From positions 1-48,364 of the forward strand of contig SYKL01000097.1 in NCBI GenBank assembly GCA_005797785.1: 48,364 nt of DNA. Reading direction: 5' to 3'. The notes under the pieces were generated by a model. That model did no database searches, had not been told where the DNA came from, and saw nothing but the letters and a program-made list of their open reading frames with translations. The position numbers were made by a program, and so were the translations under genes. Source of the stretch: Pseudomonadota bacterium (GTDB lineage: Bacteria; Myxococcota_A; UBA796; GCA-2862545). Positions 25,974 through 33,304 of this stretch are shown one piece after another (the stretch's first letter is position 1; each line of letters begins with the position of its first letter).

Positions 25974-28337
25974 TTAGTTGGGGGAGAGCGAGGTTTCCAA
26001 TCGCTCGACGGGACCTTTCAGCGCATCGTGCAACCGCAAGATCGCGTCCACCGTTGGAGGGATCGCTTTCGACCAAGTGCCCCGGTCGCTCCAACCGCCA
26101 TACTCGAAGGAAACGGCAATTCGGGCGGTGTTTTTCTCGTTGAGGCGATGCCACTCCATAGGGCCGCCAAATACCGCTTCGATCGCAAGCCGTTCATGAA
26201 AAAGCTGGTCGAAAAAGGACTTGTTTCGGTCGCGGCTTCCGGTATTGATGTACAGTTCTGCGCGCGTCGAGTCCTGCAGCACGACGAGGTTGAAGGAGAC
26301 GCCGGTTCGACCGCCGCCAAACCCGATCCAGGTGTCCTTGCCTGGGCTCACTCGGGCGAGGAGCGAGGTGCGTGTTGCCGCATGCGTCAGCAGGTCCGTC
26401 CAAAAGGCGAAACACTCGACGTGTCGTGGGCCGTCGGGTTCGCGATCCGCGTCATCGTCGAGATCGGGTGCTGCGAAATTCAGCGGTTCGTGTTCCGGCG
26501 GTGCCATTTCGCCGAGCGAGAGGCGAGCGGGGTTCCACACCCATTCGGCCAGGCGAACGTACAAAACCTGCCGTTCCCGTTGCTCTTCTGTGCCGAAGTG
26601 CGCGTAGGGTTTGAACGACAGACCGCTGCGTTCGCGGAGGCGTGCAAACGACGGGTCGTTTACATAGGCAATCGGGTGCAAGCTTCTGGCGAGAAGGTTC
26701 TCGCCTTTTGCTAAGTAAGCCGGCAGTTTTTCTTCGTAGGGGGCGTCTCCCAGACTCTGATTGACCCCGCGCTGGAGGAGCAGCAAGCCACCGATTCGAT
26801 TCCGTTCTTCATCGAACTCGGAAGGATGGTGAAATAGGTTTGCATATCTGTCGTAGTGATTGGGCCAGATGTGCTCGATCTCAAACGGCCTTGATTGCCC
26901 CTCGCTCACCAAATCCTCAAAATGAGAGGGGATGCCGCATTCCGTGTCGACCCAATGGGTGAGGCGCGCGAGAATGTGGCGAACTTGTCGGTAGTTCTGG
27001 TTGTGCAACCGAAGGAGGGGACTCCGTGCAAAACGTTCCGGCTGGGCGTCGAGTTGTGAACGAAGGAAGCTGGAAAGGTCCTCGACGGACTTCCCTCGAA
27101 GGTCGCGGGCAAGGTTGAACAGCGTGTAGCGAATGGAGGAGTATGCAATCGTTCGGAAAGTCCACACACGGCGGGCGATCCAGATGTCGATAAAATCAGC
27201 AACTAATTTGATTTTACGGCGTATCGTCTCGGGTTTGTCGCTCGTGGCCAAAGGTGCGAGCAGTAGCTGGGTTTGTAGCGTAAAACCTCGCTCTTCGTTG
27301 TAGCGAATCGATTCCAGACCCGGGGTGAGGGTCGTGGCTGCCCGTCGAATCAATAGGGTCTGGCGGACAAAGAAGTCGAGGTCACGTGTGACGAATCGTA
27401 CGTAGTCGTCGGAAGTATTGAGCGAGAGGCGTTCCTTCTGGTCGCGAACCCAGCGGTGGAACTCGGTGCCGATTCGCTCATAGTCCTTATTTTCGGCGCC
27501 TTTTTTGCCTGGTCGGATCGACTCTGCGTACTGACCACGGAACCAATTCTTGAAGAAGTCGACGTCTTCCTCGACGCCCAGGGCCTTTAGGTCCTGGATG
27601 TGTTGCTTCCAGATGTCATTTACCCGACGCTGATCGTCTTCGTGCCGGATGTTGGCGAGAATGTAGCCTTTCAGCATCTCGGGCAAAGAGAGCGACAATC
27701 CGCGGTCGTTCATGGTTTCGAAGATCGTGTAGGCGTCCTCGTCGCTGTATGCCTCGATTTCGACAAAATGGACATTTTCGAGGAGCCAATCTACAAAATA
27801 CGGGAGCGCCCGGGTGTGGAGGTCTTCGGGAAAGTGATCCGCGATATTGTCGTATCGGAGCGTGATGTTCTGAACGGAGGAGGGGTGCCCCTCGGTGTCG
27901 AACCGCTCGCCCAGGAACAGTGCATCCATGACCGGAGTGCGCTCTGGAACGTCCAAATTGAAACTGCGGCGGCCGAATTTCTCGCTGAAAATGAGGTTCT
28001 TTACGGGAACATGATCGCTACGTTCGTTTTGGAGATGGTGAAGGTAGATCAGGAGGAGCGTCAGCGTGGTTAGGCGCTGTTGGCCGTCGACGACGAATCG
28101 TTGGCTTCGTTTGTGGCTCACCACCACGGAACCCAGAAAGTAGTGACCGTAGTTTTCGACGTCGGGGCGAGAGTGCCCTTCGTCGTAGAAGTCGAGAAAC
28201 TTGCCGGTGAGGTCGTCGATCAATTCGCGCACTTGCCGTTCCTGCCAGGCATATTCGCGTTGATAGAAATCGATGGTGTATTTGGCCCCGTCCAACAGCT
28301 CGCGGACGGTTCGGGCACGACCTTCGATGCTTTTCAT
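25974..28337 (-). CDS. GmrSD-family type IV restriction-like protein (DUF262 ParB-like NTPase + DUF1524 His-Me finger nuclease) with a C-terminal DUF4268-like domain
   Basis: YTIDFYQREYAWQ and VVDGQQRLTTL (DUF262). FEIEHIWPNHY...RIGGLLLLQRGVNQSLG (DUF1524). C-terminal TRAELYINTG...MEWHRLNEKNTARIAV. GGAG lies 6 nt upstream of ATG 28337. Confidence 0.88.
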   Translation of the reverse strand: MKSIEGRARTVRELLDGAKYTIDFYQREYAWQERQVRELIDDLTGKFLDFYDEGHSRPDVENYGHYFLGSVVVSHKRSQRFVVDGQQRLTTLTLLLIYLHHLQNERSDHVPVKNLIFSEKFGRRSFNLDVPERTPVMDALFLGERFDTEGHPSSVQNITLRYDNIADHFPEDLHTRALPYFVDWLLENVHFVEIEAYSDEDAYTIFETMNDRGLSLSLPEMLKGYILANIRHEDDQRRVNDIWKQHIQDLKALGVEEDVDFFKNWFRGQYAESIRPGKKGAENKDYERIGTEFHRWVRDQKERLSLNTSDDYVRFVTRDLDFFVRQTLLIRRAATTLTPGLESIRYNEERGFTLQTQLLLAPLATSDKPETIRRKIKLVADFIDIWIARRVWTFRTIAYSSIRYTLFNLARDLRGKSVEDLSSFLRSQLDAQPERFARSPLLRLHNQNYRQVRHILARLTHWVDTECGIPSHFEDLVSEGQSRPFEIEHIWPNHYDRYANLFHHPSEFDEERNRIGGLLLLQRGVNQSLGDAPYEEKLPAYLAKGENLLARSLHPIAYVNDPSFARLRERSGLSFKPYAHFGTEEQRERQVLYVRLAEWVWNPARLSLGEMAPPEHEPLNFAAPDLDDDADREPDGPRHVECFAFWTDLLTHAATRTSLLARVSPGKDTWIGFGGGRTGVSFNLVVLQDSTRAELYINTGSRDRNKSFFDQLFHERLAIEAVFGGPMEWHRLNEKNTARIAVSFEYGGWSDRGTWSKAIPPTVDAILRLHDALKGPVERLETSLSPN

Positions 28338-28366
28338 AGAATTCTCCGACAGAACGATGGCACCAT
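28334..28366 (-). other. candidate 10-codon upstream ORF (MVPSFCRRIL) whose stop overlaps the GmrSD start (ATGA)
   Basis: ATG 28366 is preceded by AAGGAGG, but with only a 2-nt spacer. It is in frame with GTG 28393 inside the motif, which would give a 19-aa version. Confidence 0.2.
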
Positions 28367-28381
28367 TTCCTCCTTACATGC

Positions 28382-28392
28382 GGGGTGTGACA
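28382..28392 (-). promoter_or_regulatory. island motif copy B (TGTCACACCCC on the minus strand)
   Basis: Lies 55 nt upstream of the GmrSD ATG. It sits between a TTGCCA hexamer and the AAGGAGG element, an operator-like position. Confidence 0.45.
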
Positions 28393-28506
28393 CTATGGCA
28401 AGGCGGCACGGCGGGGGGCTGAGTTTCGAGGTTGGGAGGAGGTTCCTATCGACGATGACATGAAGCAGCGTGGTGCATCGAGCGGCCGCGTGCTTGACCC
28501 TCGCGG

Positions 28507-29412
28507 CTACTTCAACATCCTGCTGCACCACTCCGCCACCATCGCCCGAAAGTCCGCAGGCCCGCGTACCTCCCAATCCCCCTCCAACGCCATCAACCGC
28601 CGCAACAGCACCGGCCAAGTCACCTCCCGCAGCCGGTATTCTTTTGGGTGCTCAGTGGGCTCGGACCAAATCGGCGTTGGAAGCGGTCCGTCGACCCACA
28701 CAACGGCTTCGACCAACTGCATCGGCGCGTCAAACAGCACGTCCCTCCGGTATCCTTGGCTGGCAGCCGGCTCGAACGTCTGATCAGTCACCGTGGCGCT
28801 GGCGATCCGGTCGACCCGGAAATGACGGTGTTCGCCGTTGGGAAGAAACGCCCCCAGGTACCAACGGCCTTGATGCGAAACCACGGCGTTGGGATGGACT
28901 TCTCGCTTGGAGCGCTTGTCTTGGCTGGCGCTGTAATAGTCAAGTAACGTTACTTTACAATCCTGAACGGCCAAGGTGATCGCATCGAGGATTTCGGCGT
29001 TCACCGGGCGATCGTGTGCCCAAGCCAGGGTGCCTGTTCGTGCAGGGAGATCCGGCGACTGGCCTTGAAGAATGCACTTTTCGGCCGTATCGCATGCATC
29101 GGCCAAAGCTCCCTTCGATCCTTGGCGCAACGAGCGGAGGGCGCCGATGGCGACGGCGGCTTCTGTTGGCGAGAATGCCGTACGATCGGGAATGGCAGGA
29201 TGTACATCAAAAATGAGCCAGTCGCCGTCGAGGTCGACCTCCAACAGGTCTTCGGGCAGGAACGGCGGCGCGCCGGATACTACGAGTTCGGCGACCAAAG
29301 CGCCCAATTGGTCCTTGGGGATCCCCAAGATGTCGACGGCCTCATCCACCTTAAGTTCGCCCTGGTTTTTACGGGCCTGTGCCAACAATGCGAGCGTTCG
29401 ACCGAGGTTCAC
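28507..29412 (-). CDS. PafC-like WYL-domain transcriptional regulator
   Basis: GTG 29412 overlaps the upstream stop (GTGA), with GGAG 7 nt upstream. LVAELVVSGAPPFLPEDLLEVDLDGD is typical of the PafC N-terminal region. WYL core is HQGRWYLGAF. Confidence 0.75.
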   Translation of the reverse strand: MNLGRTLALLAQARKNQGELKVDEAVDILGIPKDQLGALVAELVVSGAPPFLPEDLLEVDLDGDWLIFDVHPAIPDRTAFSPTEAAVAIGALRSLRQGSKGALADACDTAEKCILQGQSPDLPARTGTLAWAHDRPVNAEILDAITLAVQDCKVTLLDYYSASQDKRSKREVHPNAVVSHQGRWYLGAFLPNGEHRHFRVDRIASATVTDQTFEPAASQGYRRDVLFDAPMQLVEAVVWVDGPLPTPIWSEPTEHPKEYRLREVTWPVLLRRLMALEGDWEVRGPADFRAMVAEWCSRMLK

Positions 29413-30374
29413 GTTCCCACTCCATGGCGGGCGGCGATCCGTTCGAACTTGCCCTTCCAAACGTTCGCCAAGGATTCCGGCCCGACGACCCGAACGCGCG
29501 GCATCCATTCGAGAATCAGCTGATCCACGCCGTGGGCGTGGGTTACCATCCTTCGGACGCGCGTTCCCTCGATGGTGGTGGCTCCACCGAGGTGTCGGGC
29601 CACCAATTCGACCCATTCGGGTTCACATTCGAGAATCAACTCTTCGGGAGGATGAAGCTTCCAATCCCACGGAAGGACAAAGCCAGAATGTCGGATATCG
29701 AAGCCTTCTGGGCGCTCAAAGTGGTTCATCCCGTCCGGCAGGCCGATAACTTTGAGCCCGTGGATCAGACCGATTTTGAAGGTGCGACGTTCGTTCTTTT
29801 CGTTGCATCGGCCGACGACGTACCAATGACCGCGGCGGGAAAACAAACCCCAGGGTTCTAGCGTGCGAGAACGCGCATCTCCGCCTTTGACCGGCCGATA
29901 CGAGAACGACACCCGCAACCTGCGCCAGATCGCCAAGGTCAGCTTTTCGACCAGTTCGACGACGGTTGGCGGATCACGCGTGATGTGATGAGTGACGATC
30001 GGACTCCGCTCTGAGCGGAGATCCATGAGAATTCGCTTGGCTTCCGGCGCCAACGCAAACCGGTCATCAACCGAGGCCAAACCGAGGGCTTCGCGGAGTA
30101 CGATCGCTGAAGCGGTATCGAGTTGGAGCGGCCGTGCACGGAGCGCCGACGCGTCCAAAGAGTAACCTTTCCCATCGTAATGGAGGATGACGCCGGCTTC
30201 GCGGAGGATCCGTTTGTCGCGTTCGAACGTGCGCCGCGCGGACTCTTCTGCGCCTAAGTAGGCCTCGATGGGGGCGAGTTCTGTGCGAATCGCGGAGAAT
30301 GGCACCGGTGCTCGGCGGGAGCGGAGCAGGGCGAGGAGCGCGATGTGGCGTTGGAGCGGGTACGACTTGGCCAT
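29409..30374 (-). CDS. PafB-like HTH + WYL-domain transcriptional regulator
   Basis: N-terminal wHTH LQRHIALLALLRSRRAPVPFSAIRTEL...FERDKRILREAGV. WYL core is RRGHWYVVGR. Start is ATG 30374 (no SD, possibly leaderless) or GTG 30410. Confidence 0.75.
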   Translation of the reverse strand: MAKSYPLQRHIALLALLRSRRAPVPFSAIRTELAPIEAYLGAEESARRTFERDKRILREAGVILHYDGKGYSLDASALRARPLQLDTASAIVLREALGLASVDDRFALAPEAKRILMDLRSERSPIVTHHITRDPPTVVELVEKLTLAIWRRLRVSFSYRPVKGGDARSRTLEPWGLFSRRGHWYVVGRCNEKNERRTFKIGLIHGLKVIGLPDGMNHFERPEGFDIRHSGFVLPWDWKLHPPEELILECEPEWVELVARHLGGATTIEGTRVRRMVTHAHGVDQLILEWMPRVRVVGPESLANVWKGKFERIAARHGVGT

Positions 30375-30822
30375 GAGGGCCGATGGTAGCAGAGGTTGGG
30401 GTAATGTCACACCCCTTGGTTGAACAAGCGAACTTCGCGCTCAGTCTTACCGATTCCAGAGGTTCATCATCTCCAATCCGCGTCGTAGGTCCGCCAACGC
30501 CTCGCAATTGCTCGGCGAGGAGGAGTCGAGCCCGAAGTTGGTCGGGAGTCAGCACTGCGTAGGAGGCCTCGACACCGGACATTCGTTGGGAGAACTCCTC
30601 CCTTACGGCACGAGCCCAGTCGAGCTCAAAGGCCGCGATGGCGGATTCGGTCACGCGCAGGGCAAGTTCCTGTTCATCGAACTCCTCAGGAGTTACCTTC
30701 AGACGCGGGGGATCGGACTGCCACAGGTGTATGAACGCTTCGAGTTCGGTGACGTGCCCGCGTCCCTTAAACCACGTCCAAAGCGTATTCCAAGATTCCG
30801 TCGGGGTAGGTTCGGTCGCCAT
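30067..30822 (-). CDS. hypothetical protein; only about the first 110-130 aa look genuine, and the rest overlaps the WYL gene out of frame
   Basis: ATG 30822 has GGAGG 6 nt upstream. EEFDEQELALRVTESAIAAFELDWARAVREEF is helical and protein-like. After about aa 125 the sequence becomes Pro/Arg-rich while overlapping 29409-30374. Confidence 0.35.
   Translation of the reverse strand: MATEPTPTESWNTLWTWFKGRGHVTELEAFIHLWQSDPPRLKVTPEEFDEQELALRVTESAIAAFELDWARAVREEFSQRMSGVEASYAVLTPDQLRARLLLAEQLRGVGGPTTRIGDDEPLESVRLSAKFACSTKGCDITPTSATIGPHGQVVPAPTPHRAPRPAPLPPSTGAILRDSHRTRPHRGLLRRRRVRAAHVRTRQTDPPRSRRHPPLRWERLLFGRVGAPCTAAPTRYRFSDRTPRSPRFGLG
30372..30415 (-). promoter_or_regulatory. candidate sigma70-type promoter of the WYL operon; its -35 is formed by the inverted island motif copy E (plus-strand TGTCACACCCC 30405-30415)
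   Basis: The minus strand reads GTGACA (30410-30405), a 16-nt spacer, then TACCAT (30388-30383), with 8 nt to ATG 30374. This is compatible with a leaderless transcript. GGGG...CCCC symmetry surrounds the motif. Confidence 0.35.
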
Positions 30823-30849
30823 CGGATGCCTCCGCAGCTTCGTTACCCG

Positions 30850-30860
30850 GGGGTGTGACA
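30850..30860 (-). promoter_or_regulatory. island motif copy C (TGTCACACCCC on the minus strand)
   Basis: Lies 38 nt upstream of ATG 30822. The preceding A makes ATG-TCA-CAC-CCC, which is the ORF-track start at 30861. Confidence 0.45.
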
Positions 30861-31073
30861 TGAACGCCTACGTCTCCACCCGCGCCAGCCGTTCTCGGAC
30901 TTCCACCAGATCTTCCTCGACGTCTTGAACCCGTTCGGCGGTTCGGTGTTCTGCCCGCCATCCGGGGGCTGACGCGGATCTAACGCGAATCCACACCCTG
31001 CTGCCGATCGCAAAAACCAACCTGCATACCGTTGAATCGCTACGCTCGGTAGGACGTCAACGCCCAAAAGGGC

Positions 31074-31298
31074 TCAACCTCGCCGCTTGTTCTGCCACCA
31101 CTCAACCTTCGCTTCCCAGCCAAAACCCAACAGCTCCTCGTACAGCTCCTGAATATCCGCTTGGCCCGCATGAAGTTCGCAGTATTTCGCGCCGTCCAAA
31201 GCGACCTTCCGACACCGACGCGGCGGCCCCATTCGTCCTCTGCCGCCGGCCTCGTTCCGCTCCAGAAACACAATGGCTGCGCATTGCTGAAACTTCAT
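31074..31298 (-). CDS. small hypothetical protein (74 aa) next to the integrase
   Basis: ORF with Cys/His residues (C..RRCRK...YCELH) and a weak SD. Three overlapping ORFs of similar size compete here. Confidence 0.25.
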   Translation of the reverse strand: MKFQQCAAIVFLERNEAGGRGRMGPPRRCRKVALDGAKYCELHAGQADIQELYEELLGFGWEAKVEWWQNKRRG

Positions 31299-31476
31299 TC
31301 TTGGTACCTATCGCCGTAAAACTTGCCTGTTGTGCGCAAGTTCGTTGCCACCGCACGGTCAACATTACCGACTAACTGAACGCGCGCCTACTGACTCACA
31401 GTCTGCGCGCCGGTGGACCGAGCGTTTAGTAACAATAAAGAATCCACCTCCCGCACGAAATAAAGAACCCACTCGT

Positions 31477-32709
31477 TCAGGTGGACCCGGATCCGGCCTT
31501 CGTCATCGCCACCACGACTCCACCATCCGCCCGCCCAATGCCCTGTCCCGCCATCACCGTCTTCAAATGCCCACTTGTCACATGCGCGTACACCCGATCC
31601 AACATCTCCCCATCGGTCCAACCCCCCATCTCCTGCAGCGCCTTCCGGTCCACCCCGGCCATCGCCAGCCGGCTCGCCCACGCATGCCGAAGCAGGTGAG
31701 GGTGCACATGCGGCAGGCCGGCCCTCTTGGCCGCTTGGGTCACCCCCTTGGAGATCCAGCGCCGTGGCCCTTCACCGTCGTTGGCGCGCCCAGCTGGGAA
31801 CACCCACCCGCCCTTCGGTTGGCCTAGCTCCATCCAAAGGTCCCTTAGCGCCTCTTTTACCACCGGAGTCATCGGAATCGAACGTTCCGCGCCCTTACGT
31901 CGCCGCCCGCCCTTCACGAACCAGCTGATCGCCGGCTTATGCGTGACCCGGACCATTCCCTCCTCAAAATCGACGTCGCTCCATTCTCGAGTGAGGGCTT
32001 CGCCACATCGAAGGCCAAGATTCGCCATCAACAAAATGGCTAAGAAGGTGTACCGGTCCCGAGAACGATTGCCGTCTTCTGGCCGGGAAGCGGCGATCAA
32101 AGCCTCCACTTCTTCGGGCGGCAAGTACCGTACGTGTTTTGGGGCCGCCGCAACACGTTTGATCACCGGCAACGGACCTGCGAAGAAGTCATATTCAACG
32201 GCCCATTTCAGTGCCGAACGCAACACTCGCAGCTCAATGTTCACCGTCGTTGGCGACGCAGGCCGTCCTGTTCGCTCCGCAGCCGTCGTCAATCGATGGT
32301 GCCGATAACGGTCGACGACTTTTGAATTGATCGCATCGAGCCGGTGATGTCCGATCAGCTCCGCCAGCCATGAGGCCGCCAACTCTTCCTGCGCAATCGT
32401 CTTCGGTGCGTGGTCGATTTTGAACATCGGCAGATAGTGAGCCTCCAACAGCTCGCGCAACGGCAAAGCCTCTGTCGGAGGCGATCCTTCTGCCTTACCG
32501 GCGCCGCGGAAGTGCGACGCGTCCGGGTACTGCAAGAGAACTTGTGCTTCCTTCTTCTGTTTCGCTTTCTGGGCCTCCTTCTCCGGCACGAATCCCAGCG
32601 CCGCTGACTTCCGCTTTTGCGTTACCGGATCGACCCACCGCAGCGACAGGTAATCCTCCTGGCGACCCGTTTTGGGGTTTAACCGTCGAATTCGTTGGAT
32701 GTCCGCCAC
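31477..32709 (-). CDS. int: tyrosine site-specific recombinase (phage-type integrase)
   Basis: C-terminal catalytic region HLLRHAWASRLAMAGVDRKALQEMGGWTDGEMLDRVYAHV (H-x-x-R ... Y). LRCGEALTREWSDVDF box I. N-terminal arm-binding-like LSLRWVDPVTQKRKSAALG. GTG 32709 has GGGAGG 6 nt upstream. Confidence 0.9.
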   Translation of the reverse strand: MADIQRIRRLNPKTGRQEDYLSLRWVDPVTQKRKSAALGFVPEKEAQKAKQKKEAQVLLQYPDASHFRGAGKAEGSPPTEALPLRELLEAHYLPMFKIDHAPKTIAQEELAASWLAELIGHHRLDAINSKVVDRYRHHRLTTAAERTGRPASPTTVNIELRVLRSALKWAVEYDFFAGPLPVIKRVAAAPKHVRYLPPEEVEALIAASRPEDGNRSRDRYTFLAILLMANLGLRCGEALTREWSDVDFEEGMVRVTHKPAISWFVKGGRRRKGAERSIPMTPVVKEALRDLWMELGQPKGGWVFPAGRANDGEGPRRWISKGVTQAAKRAGLPHVHPHLLRHAWASRLAMAGVDRKALQEMGGWTDGEMLDRVYAHVTSGHLKTVMAGQGIGRADGGVVVAMTKAGSGST

Positions 32710-33130
32710 CGGTCCCTCCCGATTTTACGTATTTCACGGCTTCAGGCCATAGAAGTCGCATGGCGCCGCGTGTACGGACGCACACCGATGCCGGGAACAT
32801 TCCCCGGTTGATGTAGTTGCGAACCGTGCGATCCGAGAATTTCAATGCAACGGCGAACTCCGCGACCGAAATCCACCCTGGCGTTGGCGTCCCCGCTTGA
32901 ACAGGCGGGGTGGCCGCTGGCGCTGGCAGGACCGTGGGCGGCGTGCCCGAGTTGATCAGCTGAAGCAGATTGGGCCACGAGCGGGCCGAAAGGCGATGCT
33001 CCGCGGTGTAGTTCCCCGATGGCATTGGATGCGGCCCCGCCCACTCCTCGTGCAGCAGGAGGGTGGTGCCGAGCACCGCCCAACCCTCGCCGAACGCGAT
33101 CACCGGCCCCAATTCAGCGAGACGGAGCAT
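32495..33130 (-). CDS. HTH (excisionase/MerR-like) DNA-binding protein; the 3' tail overlaps the integrase gene
   Basis: WISVAEFAVALKFSDRTVRNYINRGMFP is a typical excisionase-family HTH. ATG 33130 has GAGG 6 nt upstream. The last ~70 codons (Gly/Pro-rich) overlap int by 215 nt. Confidence 0.45.
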   Translation of the reverse strand: MLRLAELGPVIAFGEGWAVLGTTLLLHEEWAGPHPMPSGNYTAEHRLSARSWPNLLQLINSGTPPTVLPAPAATPPVQAGTPTPGWISVAEFAVALKFSDRTVRNYINRGMFPASVCVRTRGAMRLLWPEAVKYVKSGGTGGGHPTNSTVKPQNGSPGGLPVAAVGRSGNAKAEVSGAGIRAGEGGPESETEEGSTSSLAVPGRVALPRRR

Positions 33131-33231
33131 GATGCGCCTCAGCCGAGTTGGTAGCAAATGGTAACAGCGTGGTAACAATCGCTCGATTCATGGGGTCATC
33201 ATACCACCATAAACCGCGCTGTAAAGTAAAA

Positions 33232-33304
33232 TACCCCCGACGCGAATCGAACGCGTGACCTACTGATTAGGAATCAGTTGCTCTATCCACTGAGCTACGG
33301 GGGC
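33232..33304 (-). tRNA. tRNA-Arg (anticodon CCT)
   Basis: The reverse complement GCCCCCGTAGCTCAGTGGATAGAGCAACTGATTCCTAATCAGTAGGTCACGCGTTCGATTCGCGTCGGGGGTA folds as a cloverleaf: a 7-bp acceptor stem, anticodon stem ACTGA/TCAGT with loop TTCCTAA, and T-arm ACGCG-TTCGATT-CGCGT. No CCA is encoded. Confidence 0.92.

Larger units (their letters stand above)
1..33231. mobile_element. tRNA-Arg-associated genomic (defence) island, right-hand portion; left boundary not in the window
   Basis: The integrase and xis-like ORF directly abut the 3' end of tRNA-Arg. An AT-rich junction lies at 33200-33231. Conflict-system genes are dense and the island-specific 11-mer motif is confined to this side. No second att copy was found. 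Confidence 0.5.

Noticed and set aside
30508-30858. Plus-strand 116-aa ORF (and a ~57-codon ATG-TCA-CAC-CCC ORF from 30404) downstream of motif copy E
   Set aside because: TTG start without an SD, and poor composition. It is antisense to the better-supported ORF starting at 30822. An antisense RNA from copy E cannot be excluded, but coding potential is not supported.
3094-30860. Reading TGTCAC of the island motif as a sigma54 -24 element (TGGCAC)
   Set aside because: The invariant GG of the -24 box is absent (TGTCAC). No TTGC -12 box follows at the required spacing in any copy.
31875-31884. GAATCGAACG inside the integrase gene, matching 10 nt of the tRNA T-arm region, as a possible second att site
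   Set aside because: Only 10 nt match. It lies inside a coding region 1.4 kb from the tRNA, so it would delimit no island. Judged to be a chance match.
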